From Tubiluchus corallicola (taxonomy: Eukaryota > Animalia > Priapulida), in contig JAQGDQ010000661.1 in the NCBI GenBank assembly GCA_030141605.1, forward strand, positions 1 through 64,000: DNA of 64,000 nucleotides, in the 5' to 3' direction. The translations under genes and the position numbers were made by a program. Positions within the stretch are counted from its first letter, which is position 1; each line of letters opens with the position of its first letter. Shown one piece after another: positions 39,070 to 52,681 of this stretch. Under the pieces are notes generated by a model. That model had not been told where the DNA came from. It saw only the letters and a program-made list of their open reading frames with translations, and made no database searches.

Positions 39070-39455
39070 TTTTTTTTATCCGCGAGCAGCACGACTTAAC
39101 TGCTCACGTTAGGCATTGAGTTTTGTTAGACATTCACTTTTAATTTAAGTTAACGCGCAAGCGCAGATGTCTAGGGTCATGAAATTTGTAGAGTAGAAAG
39201 CTTTGGTAGAGGCTCAAACAATGGTGCGTGGACATCGGTCAAAGGTCAAGGACGCTGGACGTCGGTCATTTCGATTGATAAACTCGAAGACTGTAGTATG
39301 TAAAGTTGCAAAACTTGCTGCTTGTGTCGTGGTTCAGGCAGTGTGAGGTTTAAAAGGCTGGAATTGCTCAGCGGCCCGAGGTAGGAGCCAAAATGTGAAA
39401 ATTAGGGCAAACAGGTTATTCGCACAAATCCCCGCGCACTGGATCAGGCATAGTC
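39070..39455 (+). mobile_element. Possible Helentron-associated (HINE/DINE-1-like) non-autonomous element
   Basis: Starts in a T-run (tttttttatccgcg) with a short 5' palindrome, has gaaatttg and ggtcaaaggtcaagg motifs, and ends ...gcatagt. Motif resemblance only. Confidence 0.4.
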
Positions 39456-39759
39456 AAGAGATACTCAATCCTGAGCACTATACACAATGGTCACACACAC
39501 ATGGTTAAAACCGCACTGGACCAGACATAGTCGATTACAAACACGATCATACAAGTGGATTTGTTCATTTACATTTAGCATCCAGTACATGGTCAGACAA
39601 ATGTGCTGTACTGTCTTGCTGTCCTTATAAGTCAAACATAAATGAAGCATTTATATGGATTTTAAATCTGAAATAAAAATGTGGATTGAATTGAATGCAG
39701 CTTACAAAATTGTACGAGGAATTTTCGGTTTCATTTGAACCCCAAAACGAAATAATGTA

Positions 39760-40600
<841 letters not shown>

Positions 40601-41300
40601 CTACAATAGTTAATGTACCAAAATTAAGAATTCAACAATTTTTCTCTCAACTCTTATCCCAACTGAATGCTTTTACGCGCCATAATGGCAGCCATTACTA
40701 ATGCAAATTTATTCTGCTAGTTTTCCAGCGTCTGTACCAGCTGATGCTAATTCTGTCGAGATAAAAATTTAATTACAAAAAACACCAACTTTAAATTAGC
40801 CTCAGGGTTAATCACGATACAAAATGTTTTTATGGTGGAACAGTCACTCGACTTCCTGCGAGTAATTATCTGTCGTACGCTGATGATGCTGATGATGTTT
40901 CACTAATCCCGCATTATATACTGATCTGATGAGATGCTGTTTCGAAGCAAAATTTTCTTTCTGTTTTTAGCAAAATCTGCCTTTTGTGGATCGAGATTCG
41001 TATTGTTTTAAACTAATCAGATTTTCCATGTTTGACGTAACTAAGCAGAACGTTTTTTATTGTTGACGTCACTGAACAAAGCATTTTTCAATAGCGACGT
41101 CATTAAAGAAAGCATGAAAGTTTAGGTGTATAGGGATTTGTAAGACGTAGGCAGTCTGCATTTATTTTTTATTTTGGTGAGACTGTTGATTAGTGTTGAC
41201 GTAGCCAATGTTTCTGTTATTATTATAGATCGTAAGTTTAAGGTTAAAGGAAGACAGGATGATTTTTCATATACTATCCCATTTTCAAGCAGTGTAAAAA

Positions 41301-42641
41301 GTTCCACAGTACTTACACACGAGCCGCCACTGATTGTAACGTACAGGGGGTGCTGCAGTTCCACAGTACCTACACACGAGCCGCCACTGATTGTAACGTA
41401 CAGGTGGTGCTGCAGTTCCACAGTACTTACACACGGGCCGCCACTGATTGTAACGTACAGGGGGTGCTGCAGTTCCACAGTACTTACACACGAGCCGCCA
41501 CTGATTGTAACGTACAGGGGGTGCTGCAGTTCCACAGTACTTACACACGAGCCGCCACTGATTGTAACGTACAGGTGGTGCTGCAGTTCCACAGTACTTA
41601 CACACGAGCCGCCACTGATTGTAACGTACAGGTGGTGCTGCAGTTCTACAGTACTTACACACGAGCCGCCACTGATTGTAACGTACAGGGGGTGCTGCAG
41701 TTCCACAGTACTTACACACGAGCCGCCACTGATTGTAACGTACAGGGGGTGCTGCAGTTCCACAGTACTTACACACGAGCCGCCACTGATTGTAACGTAC
41801 AGGGGGTGCTGCAGTTCCACAGTACTTACACACGAGCCGCCACTGATTGTAACGTACAGGGGGTGCTGCAGTTCCACAGTACTTACACACGAGCCGCCAC
41901 TGATTGTAATGTACAGGTGGTGCTGCAGTTCCACAGTACTTACACACGAGCCGCCACTGATTGTAACGTACAGGTGGTGCTGCAGTTCCACAGTACCTAT
42001 ACACGAGCCGCCATTGATTGTAACGTACAGGTGGTGCTGCAGTTCCACAGTACTTACACACGAGCCGCCACTGATTGTAACGTACAGGTGGTGCTGCAGT
42101 TCCACAGTACTTACACACGAGCCGCCACTGATTGTAACGTACAAGGGGTGCTGCAGTTCCACAGTACTTACACACGAGCCGCCACTGATTGTAACGTACA
42201 GGTGGTGCTGCAGTTCCACAGTACTTACACACGAGCCGCCACTGATTGTAACGTACAGGTGGTGCTGCAGTTCCACAGTACTTACACACGAGCTGCCACT
42301 GATTGTAACGTACAGGGGGTGCTGCAGTACCACAGTAGTACACACGAGCCGCCACTGATTGTAACGTACAGGGGGTGCTGCAGTTCCACAGCACCCACAC
42401 ACGAGCAGCCACTGATTGTAGCGTACAGGGGGTGCTGCAGTTCCACAGCACCCACACACGAGCCGCCACTGATTGTAACGTACAGGGGGTGCTGCAGTTC
42501 CACAGTACCTACACACGAGCAGCCACTGATTGTAACGTACAGGGGGTGCTGCAGTTCCACAGCACCCACACACGAGCCACCACTGATTGTAACGTACAGG
42601 GGGTGCTGCAGTTCCACAGCACCCACACACGAGCTGCCACT
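41301..42641. repeat. 57-bp minisatellite, ~23 copies, abutting a family A terminus (41248-41300)
   Basis: Unit gttccacagtacttacacacgagccgccactgattgtaacgtacagggggtgctgca. Confidence 0.97.
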
Positions 42642-43042
42642 GCGTTCAAATGAACGCAAGTGAAAGATTTTCATAGGAATAAAATCTTTTCAATGCAACA
42701 AACAAAACTCCGAAAATGGAAATCGGTCCTATATTACATCATGGCGTTTCATCAATAGTGAAATGTACATTTGTTAATAACGCCTCAAAAATTTCCTTTT
42801 ACTGAATATTATTTAGAAGCGTATGATGCGCACTCTGGTGGCAGAAAATGACAAGCGTAACCGATGGTTGTCATAGAAATCATAGCAGATCGCGCAGTGC
42901 CAAACTGAGCATAAGATATTGAGGAAATTTTGCAGATATTTTTCGATTTTCTGACAGTTTATCGAACCTTTTCTTAAAATTTACTTTATGCACGAAAGTT
43001 GAGCAACTTGAAAAGATTTGTCAATTTATTGAAGAGTGAGGA

Positions 43043-45154
43043 TGTTAGACTGGGCATGAGAACTGCTCTAACTTCATTGTAGTTCTGAGCTGTTAGACTG
43101 GGCATGAGAACTGCTCTAACTTCATTGTAGTTCTGAGCTGTTAGACTAGGCATGAGAACTGCTCTAACTTCATTGTAGTTCTGAGCTGTTAGACTGGGCA
43201 TGAGAACTGCTCTAACTTCATTGTAGTTCTGAGCTGTTAGACTGGGCATGAGAACTGCTCTAACTTCATTGTAGTTCTGAGCTGTTAGACTCGGCATGAG
43301 AACTGCTCTAACTTCATTGTAGTTCTGAGCTGTTAGACTGGGCATGAGAACTGCTCTAACTTCATTGTAGTTCTGAGCTGTTAGACTGGGCATGAGAACT
43401 GCTCTAACTTCATTGTAGTTCTGAGCTGTTAGACTGGGCATGAGAACTGCTCTAACTTCATTGTAGTTCTGAGCTGTTAGACTGGGCATGAGAACTGCTC
43501 TAACTTCATTGTAGTTCTGAGCTGTTAGACTAGGCATGAGAACTGCTCTAACTTCATTGTAGTTCTGAGCTGTTAGACTAGGCATGAGAACTGCTCTAAC
43601 TTCATTGTAGTTCTGAGCTGTTAGACTGGGCATGAGAACTGCTCTAACTTTATTGTAGTTCTGAGCTGTTAGACTAGGCATGAGAACTGCTCTAACTTCA
43701 TTGTAGTTCTAAGCTGTTAGACTGGGCATGAGAACTGCTCTAACTTCATTGTAGTTCTGAGCTGTTAGACTGGGCATGAGAACTGCTCTAACTTCATTGT
43801 AGTTCTAAGCTGTTAGACTAGGCATGAGAACTGCTCTAACTTCATTGTAGTTCTGAGCTGTTAGACTAGGCATGAGAACTGCTCTAACTTCATTGTAGTT
43901 CTGAGCTGTTAGACTAGGCATGAGAACTGCTCTAACTTCATTGTAGTTCTGAGCTGTTAGACTGGGCATGAGAACTGCTCTAACTTCATTGTAGTTCTGA
44001 GCTGTTAGACTAGGCATGAGAACTGCTCTAACTTCATTGTAGTTCTGAGCTGTTAGACTGGGCATGAGAACTGCTCTAACTTCATTGTAGTTCTGAGCTG
44101 TTAGACTAGGCATGAGAACTGCTCTAACTTCATTGTAGTTCTGAGCTGTTAGACTAGGCATGAGAACTGCTCTAACTTCATTGTAGTTCTGAGCTGTTAG
44201 ACTGGGCATGAGAACTGCTCTAACTTCATTGTAGTTCTGAGCTGTTAGACTGGGCATGAGAACTGCTCTAACTTCATTGTAGTTCTGAGCTGTTAGACTG
44301 GGCATGAGAACTGCTCTAACTTCATTGTAGTTCTAAGCTGTTAGACTAGGCATGAGAACTGCTCTAACTTCATTGTAGTTCTAAGCTGTTAGACTGGGCA
44401 TGAGAACTGCTCTAACTTCATTGTAGTTCTGAGCTGTTAGACTGGGCATGAGAACTGCTCTAACTTCATTGTAGTTCTGAGCTGTTAGACTGGGCATGAG
44501 AACTGCTCTAACTTCATTGTAGTTCTGAGCTGTTAGACTGGGCATGAGAACTGCTCTAACTTCATTGTAGTTCTGAGCTGTTAGACTGGGCATGAGAACT
44601 GCTCTAACTTCATTGTAGTTCTAAGCTGTTAGACTGGGCATGAGAACTGCTCTAACTTCATTGTAGTTCTGAGCTGTTAGACTGGGCATGAGAACTGCTC
44701 TAACTTCATTGTAGTTCAAAGCTGTTAGACTGGGCATGAGAACTGCTCTAACTTCATTGTAGTTCTGAGCTGTTAGACTGGGCATGAGAACTGCTCTAAC
44801 TTCATTGTAGTTCTCAGCTGTTAGACTGGGCATGAGAACTGCTCTAACTTCATTGTAGTTCTCAGCTGTTAGACTGGGCATGAGAACTGCTCTAACTTCA
44901 TTGTAGTTCTCAGCTGTTAGACTGGGCATGAGAACTGCTCTAACTTCATTGTAGTTCTCAGCTGTTAGACTGGGCATGAGAACTGCTCTAACTTCATTGT
45001 AGTTCTGAGCTGTTAGACTGGGCATGAGAACTGCTCTAACTTCATTGTAGTTCTGAGCTGTTAGACTGGGCATGAGAACTGCTCTAACTTGATTGTAGTT
45101 CTGAGCTGGTAGACTGGGCATGAGAACTGCTCTAACTTCATTGTAGTTCTGAGC
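43043..45154. repeat. 48-bp minisatellite, ~44 highly homogeneous copies
   Basis: Unit tgttagactgggcatgagaactgctctaacttcattgtagttctgagc. Confidence 0.97.
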
Positions 45155-45324
45155 ACCAACCTAATTACAGATTGGAAACTAAAGTTTGCTGAATTGTTCT
45201 GCTGTTTGGTTTCCACATTCTGCCGTATTTTAAAAAAGTTAATTGATTTAGCTTCGTAAAATCTTACAAATGTCAACCAATTTTACGTTGTAGCATCAGC
45301 TGGTAGCATCAATTCATTCTCACT

Positions 45325-45325
45325 G

Positions 45326-45361
<36 letters not shown>

Positions 45362-45456
45362 CGTTCATCGTCGTCGTCATCATCACCTTCATCATCATCA
45401 TCTTCACCACTACCACCACCACCATCATCACCATCATCATCATTATTATCACCACT

Positions 45457-45504
<48 letters not shown>

Positions 45505-45513
45505 TTGACCACT

Positions 45514-45544
<31 letters not shown>

Positions 45545-45611
45545 TTATTATCACCACTACCACCACCACCACCACCATCATCATCATCATAATCATCTTC
45601 ATCATCATCAT
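45325..45611. repeat. (ATC)/(ACC)n degenerate microsatellite
   Basis: Read directly from the sequence. Confidence 0.92.
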
Positions 45612-47176
45612 TTTCCTTTAAGAAAAGGCCAACAAATATGAGAACTTGGCGAAAAATGTTAGAAGGATGTAATACATACTTAACGAAAGTAGTCCAACAA
45701 AAAATAGTTCTCAGCCAAGGCTCAGTTTTGGTTAATATACACATAATAACATAAGGGTTGATAATGTTGACACAATCATGCCGTTTTCCTTTAAATTTAC
45801 AAAATTATTAGAAGTAAAACTCTCACTTTTGCCTCGCATTATTGCTGCTAATCTTTGTCAAGCGTCCATAAACGTTCACACATAAAACGTTTTCATCGCT
45901 TCCTCTATTGCCTCTCATAAATAATTTTCATAAATCGCCCCGCACACATGTTAAAAGGGTTTATTTTCCCTCTTTTCGCTAAATTTCCCTCGGCGGTAAG
46001 CGTCATAAACAACCTCATTTCTGCGTCGCTGAGAATGGATGTAACGTCATTGAGAGCTCCATTAACCGTTCTCTGAAAATTCATAACAATTTTGCGCACG
46101 TGTCACGTGACCAAGCATTTCAGGCGGAAGGGTATGAGTGGAGTGAGGAGCCCATAAGTGAAAGAATAAATTCTTCGTTGAATTTACGGTTGTTAAGATG
46201 ATTCATCGCGTCCATTACTCACTCGTGTTCTGAGTCCAGCTAGACCTGATACCATTGAATCATTCCGCTTTTCATAACCCGTTCCGTTTCATGTTTTTGT
46301 AAGTTATCAAGACCATGATGATATGGCTTGTGAAATTTCTTGAAGATTTTAAATTGAGTTTCGCTCTTGCAGCGCAACTTAATTTTCATCGTAAATATAG
46401 CGGCGCTCTTGTTTGCATAGAATAACCGTGGCTTTGGAACGCAGGAGGTGTTTTTGATCAGATAATATCAGGAAATTTGAGATAACGTACCGCAGTTTTG
46501 ATTAGAAGTTACTTTGAGGGTATTGCTTTCCTCTTTATCACGTATTACAAAGAACTCAGCAATCCATAATAATTATTCTCTTTTTAAAAAATCAGGCTAT
46601 TACACATCTATATGTGGAATTTTGTTATGATTCATACCGCTCAGTTAAAGGAAAACCAGACGATTGTGTAAACACGAGTTCAGAATAAAGAATGTTCTAT
46701 TAGTGTTGGAACTATTTTTGCTGGACTACTTTCGTTAAGTATATATTACATCCTTCTAACATTTTTCGCCAACAGTGAAATAAGCGTAAGTTCTCATAAT
46801 TCTTGACCTTTCCCTTAAAGGAAAACCAGATGATTGTGTAAACACGAGTTCAGAATAAAGAATGCTCTAAAATATTGAAAACTACAATAGCTTATTTTAA
46901 ATCAAAGCTTAGATTAAATAATAATTACCTCGGATATTCAAATTTTGTTAAATTTTCAAAGCTACGCCTACTACTAAGATTGGCAACGGCGCCTTTTTGT
47001 CATATTCGCGTGGCCGACAAATAGAAGGTGGTACCGTAATAACCATGATCATGAACTGCAGTGTCTGACGTCATGTGATAAAAAGCCCATTTTCGTGACA
47101 TCATGCGTCTAAACAGTACTGTAACACCTATGCAGACGTGCTCTCTCTCTCTCTCTCTCTCCCTCCCTCTCTCTCT

Positions 47177-47213
<37 letters not shown>

Positions 47214-47215
47214 TC

Positions 47216-47270
<55 letters not shown>

Positions 47271-47273
<3 letters not shown>

Positions 47274-48395
47274 GTTTGCGACTTGCTACCATTGTAAATA
47301 TTTATAAAACTACTATTTTGCCGATTATACTGTATGGTGCTATTGTATGGTTAGGTAAAAAACTTACTGTATTTGAAGATATAACCTATGATATAATGAA
47401 AGTTTCTGCGGGGTTGGCTTTTAAACCAGATCGTACTAAATTGGAATTACTTTGTGGTCTTCCACCGTTAGACATCGAACTAAATGTAATTGTGGTTAAA
47501 TCATGTCTTAAGACATTATGTCAGAGCGCTAATGATTTAGTAAAACAACAGATTCTGCGGTATGGTAGTACACGTCTGACAGGAAGACATATTTATAAAA
47601 ATATTATGTATACAAATGTGCAGACTGTGAGAAACTTTTTAAAATTTGTCTGGAATGAAAACTTTCGTAATACAGATCTTGAACAAATTCCTGAAAATAT
47701 GTTAATTTATACCAAACGTCAAATTACAGATTATGTTTCTTATACCTGGGCAACTAAATATAGGCATGTTATGCAATTTCGAGGAGATAATGTTGAAATA
47801 CAGAATATAAAATGTACACCCTTAAATTTGCCGCTTGGAAATAATGAAAGGAAAATAGAATCCATTGCCATGTCCTTTTTAACTGGTCAGGGGAATTTTA
47901 ACAGCTTTTTGTATAGACTTAATATGTGTGATACTAGTTTATGTCCACGTGGAGAAGAAGAGCAAACTCCTCAGCACATTTTATTCAGATGTAATAAAAT
48001 AGATAATGCAAAAAGAATGCCGTTCATGGAAATAGCTGATGCCAATTATACACGTAATATTATGCTTCAATCTGATAAAAATTTAATAATGGCTTTCACT
48101 AACCTGATCAGGGACAATTTTATACTAAGTAACTGTTAATTTAGGCCCGCTCCAGTATAAAAAAAATAAATTATGTAGTTGTGTAAAGTTAATTTGTTTG
48201 TATAATACTTGTGATTCGTTTGAAATTATATCTAATTTAAGTATAAAATGTTATTCGTTGTACACAGTGTGAAACTGGATTTAAAAGATTTGTTATGTGA
48301 AAATGTAATTTGTTGATCTGAGCCTGCAAAAAGAGGCACCTTTGTGTATATATGTTCATTTCTTTAATAAAGATTTATTATTATTATTATAATAT
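47271..48395 (+). mobile_element. 5'-truncated non-LTR retrotransposon (R1/I/Jockey-group-like C-terminus with zinc knuckle) embedded in (CT)n
   Basis: Open frame ~47274-48139: [17 protein letters not shown]...LLCGLPPLDIEL...FLTGQGNFNSFLYRLNMCDTSLCPRGEEEQTPQHILFRC. 3' end aataaagat(tta)n at ~48367-48392; (CT)n on both sides (47141-47270, ~48400-48600). Confidence 0.85.
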
Positions 48396-48432
48396 ATATA
48401 TCTCTCTCTCTTTCTCTCTCTCTCTCTCCCTT

Positions 48433-48488
<56 letters not shown>

Positions 48489-48497
48489 TCTCTCTCT

Positions 48498-48539
<42 letters not shown>

Positions 48540-49029
48540 CCTCCCTCCCTCCCTCCCTCCCTCCATCCCTCCCTCCCTCCCTCCCTCTCTCTCTCTCTCA
48601 TCAATCTATGTTCTCTTTCACCCCGTTCTTTCCTACCATGTTTATTCACTCTTTCGTTTCCTCTCACCCTCTTCTGTTCCCCCTTTTTCTCGCCACACTG
48701 CCTTTTTCTCTGATCCCATCTTTCCTGCTTCCACGTATCACATCTAATTATGCTAAGCAGGCCCACATCCAGTGTTGATAATTGAATTCATAAAAGTTGA
48801 ATCCTAGATCATTACAGCCGCTAAATTGGAGATTTTACTGCATCGATTTGGACACGAAAATTATCGTTGTTCTACTCAGCTGTTTATGTGAAGTGATTAT
48901 CTGGAAACAACGTGTACATTGTTCTTATGCAACGTTTTTACGATTCAAGTGCACTTTGTTAGATTATTCTAGATTTCTTAATGAACCTCTGAGAGTCATT
49001 AATGCCAGAGAAAGTTTGGAAAATTCAGT

Positions 49030-49138
49030 TGATTAGTCTCCGTATTAAGATGTCTCAAGATGCTGCTATTGCTGTTGTCACTGCTGGTGGTACTGGCGTT
49101 AATGTTTTTGATGTTATTGTTGTTTTTGTTGTTGTTGT

Positions 49139-49171
<33 letters not shown>

Positions 49172-49829
49172 GGATAATGATGAGAACGAATTCGATTAGT
49201 CTCCGTATTAAGATGTCTCAAGATGCTGCTATTGCCGTTGTCATTGTTGCTTCTGCTGGTGGTACTGGCGTTAATGTTGTTGATGTTGTTGTTGATGATG
49301 ATGATGATAATGATGATGATGATGATGATGATAATGATGATGATGATGAGGAGGAGGAGGACGAGGAGGAGGAGGAGGAAGAGGATGATACTGGTGGTTA
49401 TAGCAATGACAAGGATGGGGATAATGATGATGAAGGTGATAACGGTGATGAAGATGATGATAACAACGACGGTGATAATGATGATTATGATGACGATGAT
49501 GAAGTGATGAAAACAGTGATGACGATGATCATGATAAACATTACGATGATGATGGTGGTGGTTGTGGTGATGATGATGATGATGATGATGTTGATGACGA
49601 TGAGAAGGAAGAAGAGGATGATACTGGTGGTTAAAGCAATGACAATGATGGTGATAATGATGATGAAGGTGATAATGATGATGAAGATGATGATGATAAC
49701 AACGACGGTGATAATGATGATTATGATGACGATGATAAAGTGATGAAAACAGTGATGACGATGATCATGATAAACATTACGATGAGGTGATGATGACAAT
49801 GACAATGACGGTGATAATGATTATGGAGG

Positions 49830-49862
<33 letters not shown>

Positions 49863-49957
49863 AGAGGATGATGATGTTGATGACGATGATGAGGTGATGA
49901 TAACAGTGATAACGATGATGATGATAAAGATAACGATGATGTTGATGATGATGGTGA
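49030..49957. repeat. Complex degenerate (GAT)n block with internal duplications
   Basis: gattagtctccgtattaagatgtctcaagatgctgctattg is duplicated. It shares gaggatgatactggt with the 40 kb and 58 kb blocks. Confidence 0.9.
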
Positions 49958-50568
49958 TTTTCATTTTTTCATAATGCGTAATTTTACTAACGATAAATTT
50001 ATTTTTTTCTATTTCGATTGTTTCAGCCATTTACATTATCAATAAGAGCATTAAGGATTTTCACTGCGTGTTTCAACGTTTTTCCAACTCGATTCACTGC
50101 AGTTTATTGCATTCTTCCCAAGAAACCGAGAATACTTCGCCATGTAATATTTTATCGACAACTTCTAGCAATTTTCAATTTTTTGCGCAACTTTAGAATT
50201 CGCTCACTAATTCGTACACAATCGTCAGCATTACGGTAAACACAGCTGCTGCCTGCTTCGTAGAAAAATGAAACCAGTCACGATGAAACTGCGGGGTGTT
50301 CGTGGCAAAATTAAAATCGCTCCTAATATCTCTAATCCTTTTTCCTGGTCAATAAATGTTTTCTTTAGAGTGTCTGAATTCGACTCGGGGGGGGGGGGGG
50401 GTCGAACTCCAAGATGGCATGGCGGTCTTGATATTGCGCATCATGAAGATCCATTTACTATCGTTGTGTAACTAATTACTTAACTACAAATGTTAATTTT
50501 AATTACAAATGTTATGCTAATTAACTAAGTTAATGTCTGTAAACTAGTACCATATACCTGGTACAGCA

Positions 50569-50965
50569 TGTCATCTAACTCTCATGAAATAAAATACACA
50601 AAAACTACACTGTACGGAGTTTATTAACAGCACTAATAAAAATAAGGAACCAAAATACACGTGCACAAAAAATAACTAACTAACTCAGTAACAGCACTAC
50701 ACCCGAGGAGCACCTGTGTCAGAAATCAAGGCTGTAGTGGCCTCTACACGCCTTTATACTGGCATTCCAGGTCAGCTGGCTTCTCACACCACGTGTAGGC
50801 CCAAACAAGACCTCTGGACATACAAGAAAGGGGTGAGTCACTGCTGACGTGGAAGCAGGGCGTGTAGAGGGCCCTACACCTGACCCGACACAGGTGCCTC
50901 CTCCCCAATTCCGTTTGTCCTCAAACGGTTCCAGAACTAGGACAGACAGTGACCAGGCTATAACA
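50569..50965 (-). mobile_element. Probable solo LTR (~397 bp)
   Basis: Minus strand reads TGTTATAG...TATAAA (plus tttata ~50753)...AATAAA (plus tttatt ~50620)...AGATGACA, with TG...CA short inverted ends. No matching TSD. Confidence 0.5.
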
Positions 50966-50995
50966 CGTCACCGAATTTTCTCTGCAGGCTGAAAA

Positions 50996-51441
50996 TGTTT
51001 GGGCTTCCAAAACCAAATTTAAAGCTCGATTAAATTTTGCTCTTTCTTTGCTCTTTATTTGCCAAAAACATGTCATTCCATCTAAACAAAAGAAATTAGT
51101 GCCAAAAAATAACAAATAAACAAAAAATAACAATAGCCAAAAGTCTATTTTACATAATTAAGAGTTATACACTGCACCGTCGCATTAATTAATACCTAGC
51201 TGTCATTTTAAAGTAAATTTAAGTTTTATAAAGTAATTAGAGGATATACATACATTATTAGCCCCAAATCATGAGCAATTGTAAACAGATAACGACAATA
51301 TATTATCAACTTATGACACGTCTTCACTTCACAGTAGGCCTCTGACCCAGATCAAATTGATCACGTGATTAGGCCAAAAATCACCACAAGGTGGCCAAAG
51401 CCGACAACAAGCGAAAGCGGCTAATGCAAGATTTCCAGTAC
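50996..51441 (+). mobile_element. Family C MITE-like copy
   Basis: Homologous to 21717-22164. Confidence 0.82.
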
Positions 51442-51650
51442 AGAAAACTTGGCGTGTTAATCTGAATTTTGGTTCATGTAGGGAAAAACTCGTCTTTCTT
51501 CCCGTGTCTCCATACTTTGGCCATCCACAGCATGTTCAGCAATTTCTACTTTTAAAGATTTTTGTTCGTAAGTATCTAAATTTACAATATATTTATGTTT
51601 TTGGGTAAATTTTACAATTCCCCACACACAAGAAATTAGTTCGTGAAGCA

Positions 51651-52420
51651 GATTAGGGTTATGGTTAGGATTGTGTTATGGCTAGGGTCAGGATTAGGGT
51701 TGGGTTAGGGGTATGGTTAGCATTAGGGTTATGGATAGGTTATGGGGTAAGGTTAGAATGTGTTATGGTTAGGGTCAGGATTAGGGTTGGGTTAGGGGTA
51801 TGGTTAGCATTAGGGTTATGGATAGGTTATGAGGTAAGGTTAGAATGTGTTATGGCTAGGGTCAGGATTAGGGTTGGGTTAGGGGTATGGTTAGCATTAG
51901 GGTTAGGGATAGGTTATGGGGTAAGGTTAGAATGTGTTACGGTTAGGGTGAGGATCTGGGTTGGGTTAGGGGTATGGTTAGCATTAGGATTAGGTTATGG
52001 GATAAGGTTAGCATGTGTTATGGTTAATGTCAAGATTAGGGTTGGTTTAGGGGTATGGTTAGCATTAGGGTTAGGGATAGGTTATGGGTTAAGGTTAAAA
52101 TGTGTTATGGTTAGGGTCAGGATTAGGGTTGGGTTAGGGGTATGGTTAGCATTAGGGTTAGGGATAGGTTATGGGGTAAGGTTAGAATGCGTTATGGTTA
52201 GGGTCAGGATTAGGGTTGGGTTAGGGTATGGTTAGGGTTAGGATTGATTATGCTTATGGTTAGCTCAGGGTTGGGTTAGGGTTAAGGCTGGATTAGGGTG
52301 GTGTAATGGTTAGAATTTGGATTAGGAGTATAGTTACAGATGGAGTTTGTGTTAGGATTGTGTTATGGTTAGGGTTACGGTTAGGTTCGAGGCATGGTTA
52401 AGGTTGGATTACAGTTAGGC
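51651..52420. repeat. TTAGGG-derived ~87-bp minisatellite (~6-7 copies) with a degenerate flank
   Basis: Unit tgttatggttagggtcaggattagggttgggttaggggtatggttagcattagggtta...aaggttagaatg. Confidence 0.88.
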
Positions 52421-52681
52421 TTCTTCATCACTACACCCTTTTCTTAGACCCTCCCCTATAAAACCGTATTCTCTAAAGAAATCAATTACTCCCTGTTACA
52501 ATTTGGCATTTTCACTTTCCCATCTGAGTCCCATCTAATTCCATCTTAGCTGCATTTCCACAACTCAATTTTCTTTAATTTCATTAACGTTATCAATAGT
52601 TGGAAATGTCAGGAAAACTTTAACATCAAATTCCCGTCGTTTGAAAAGTAATTAAGCCACTATAATCACTATAATTACTTA

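Noticed and set aside
41122-45121. Long repetitive ORFs (CKYCGTAAPP..., MPSLTAQNYNE...)
   Set aside because: Tandem-repeat translations, open in several frames on both strands or broken by sporadic stops, with no gene context.
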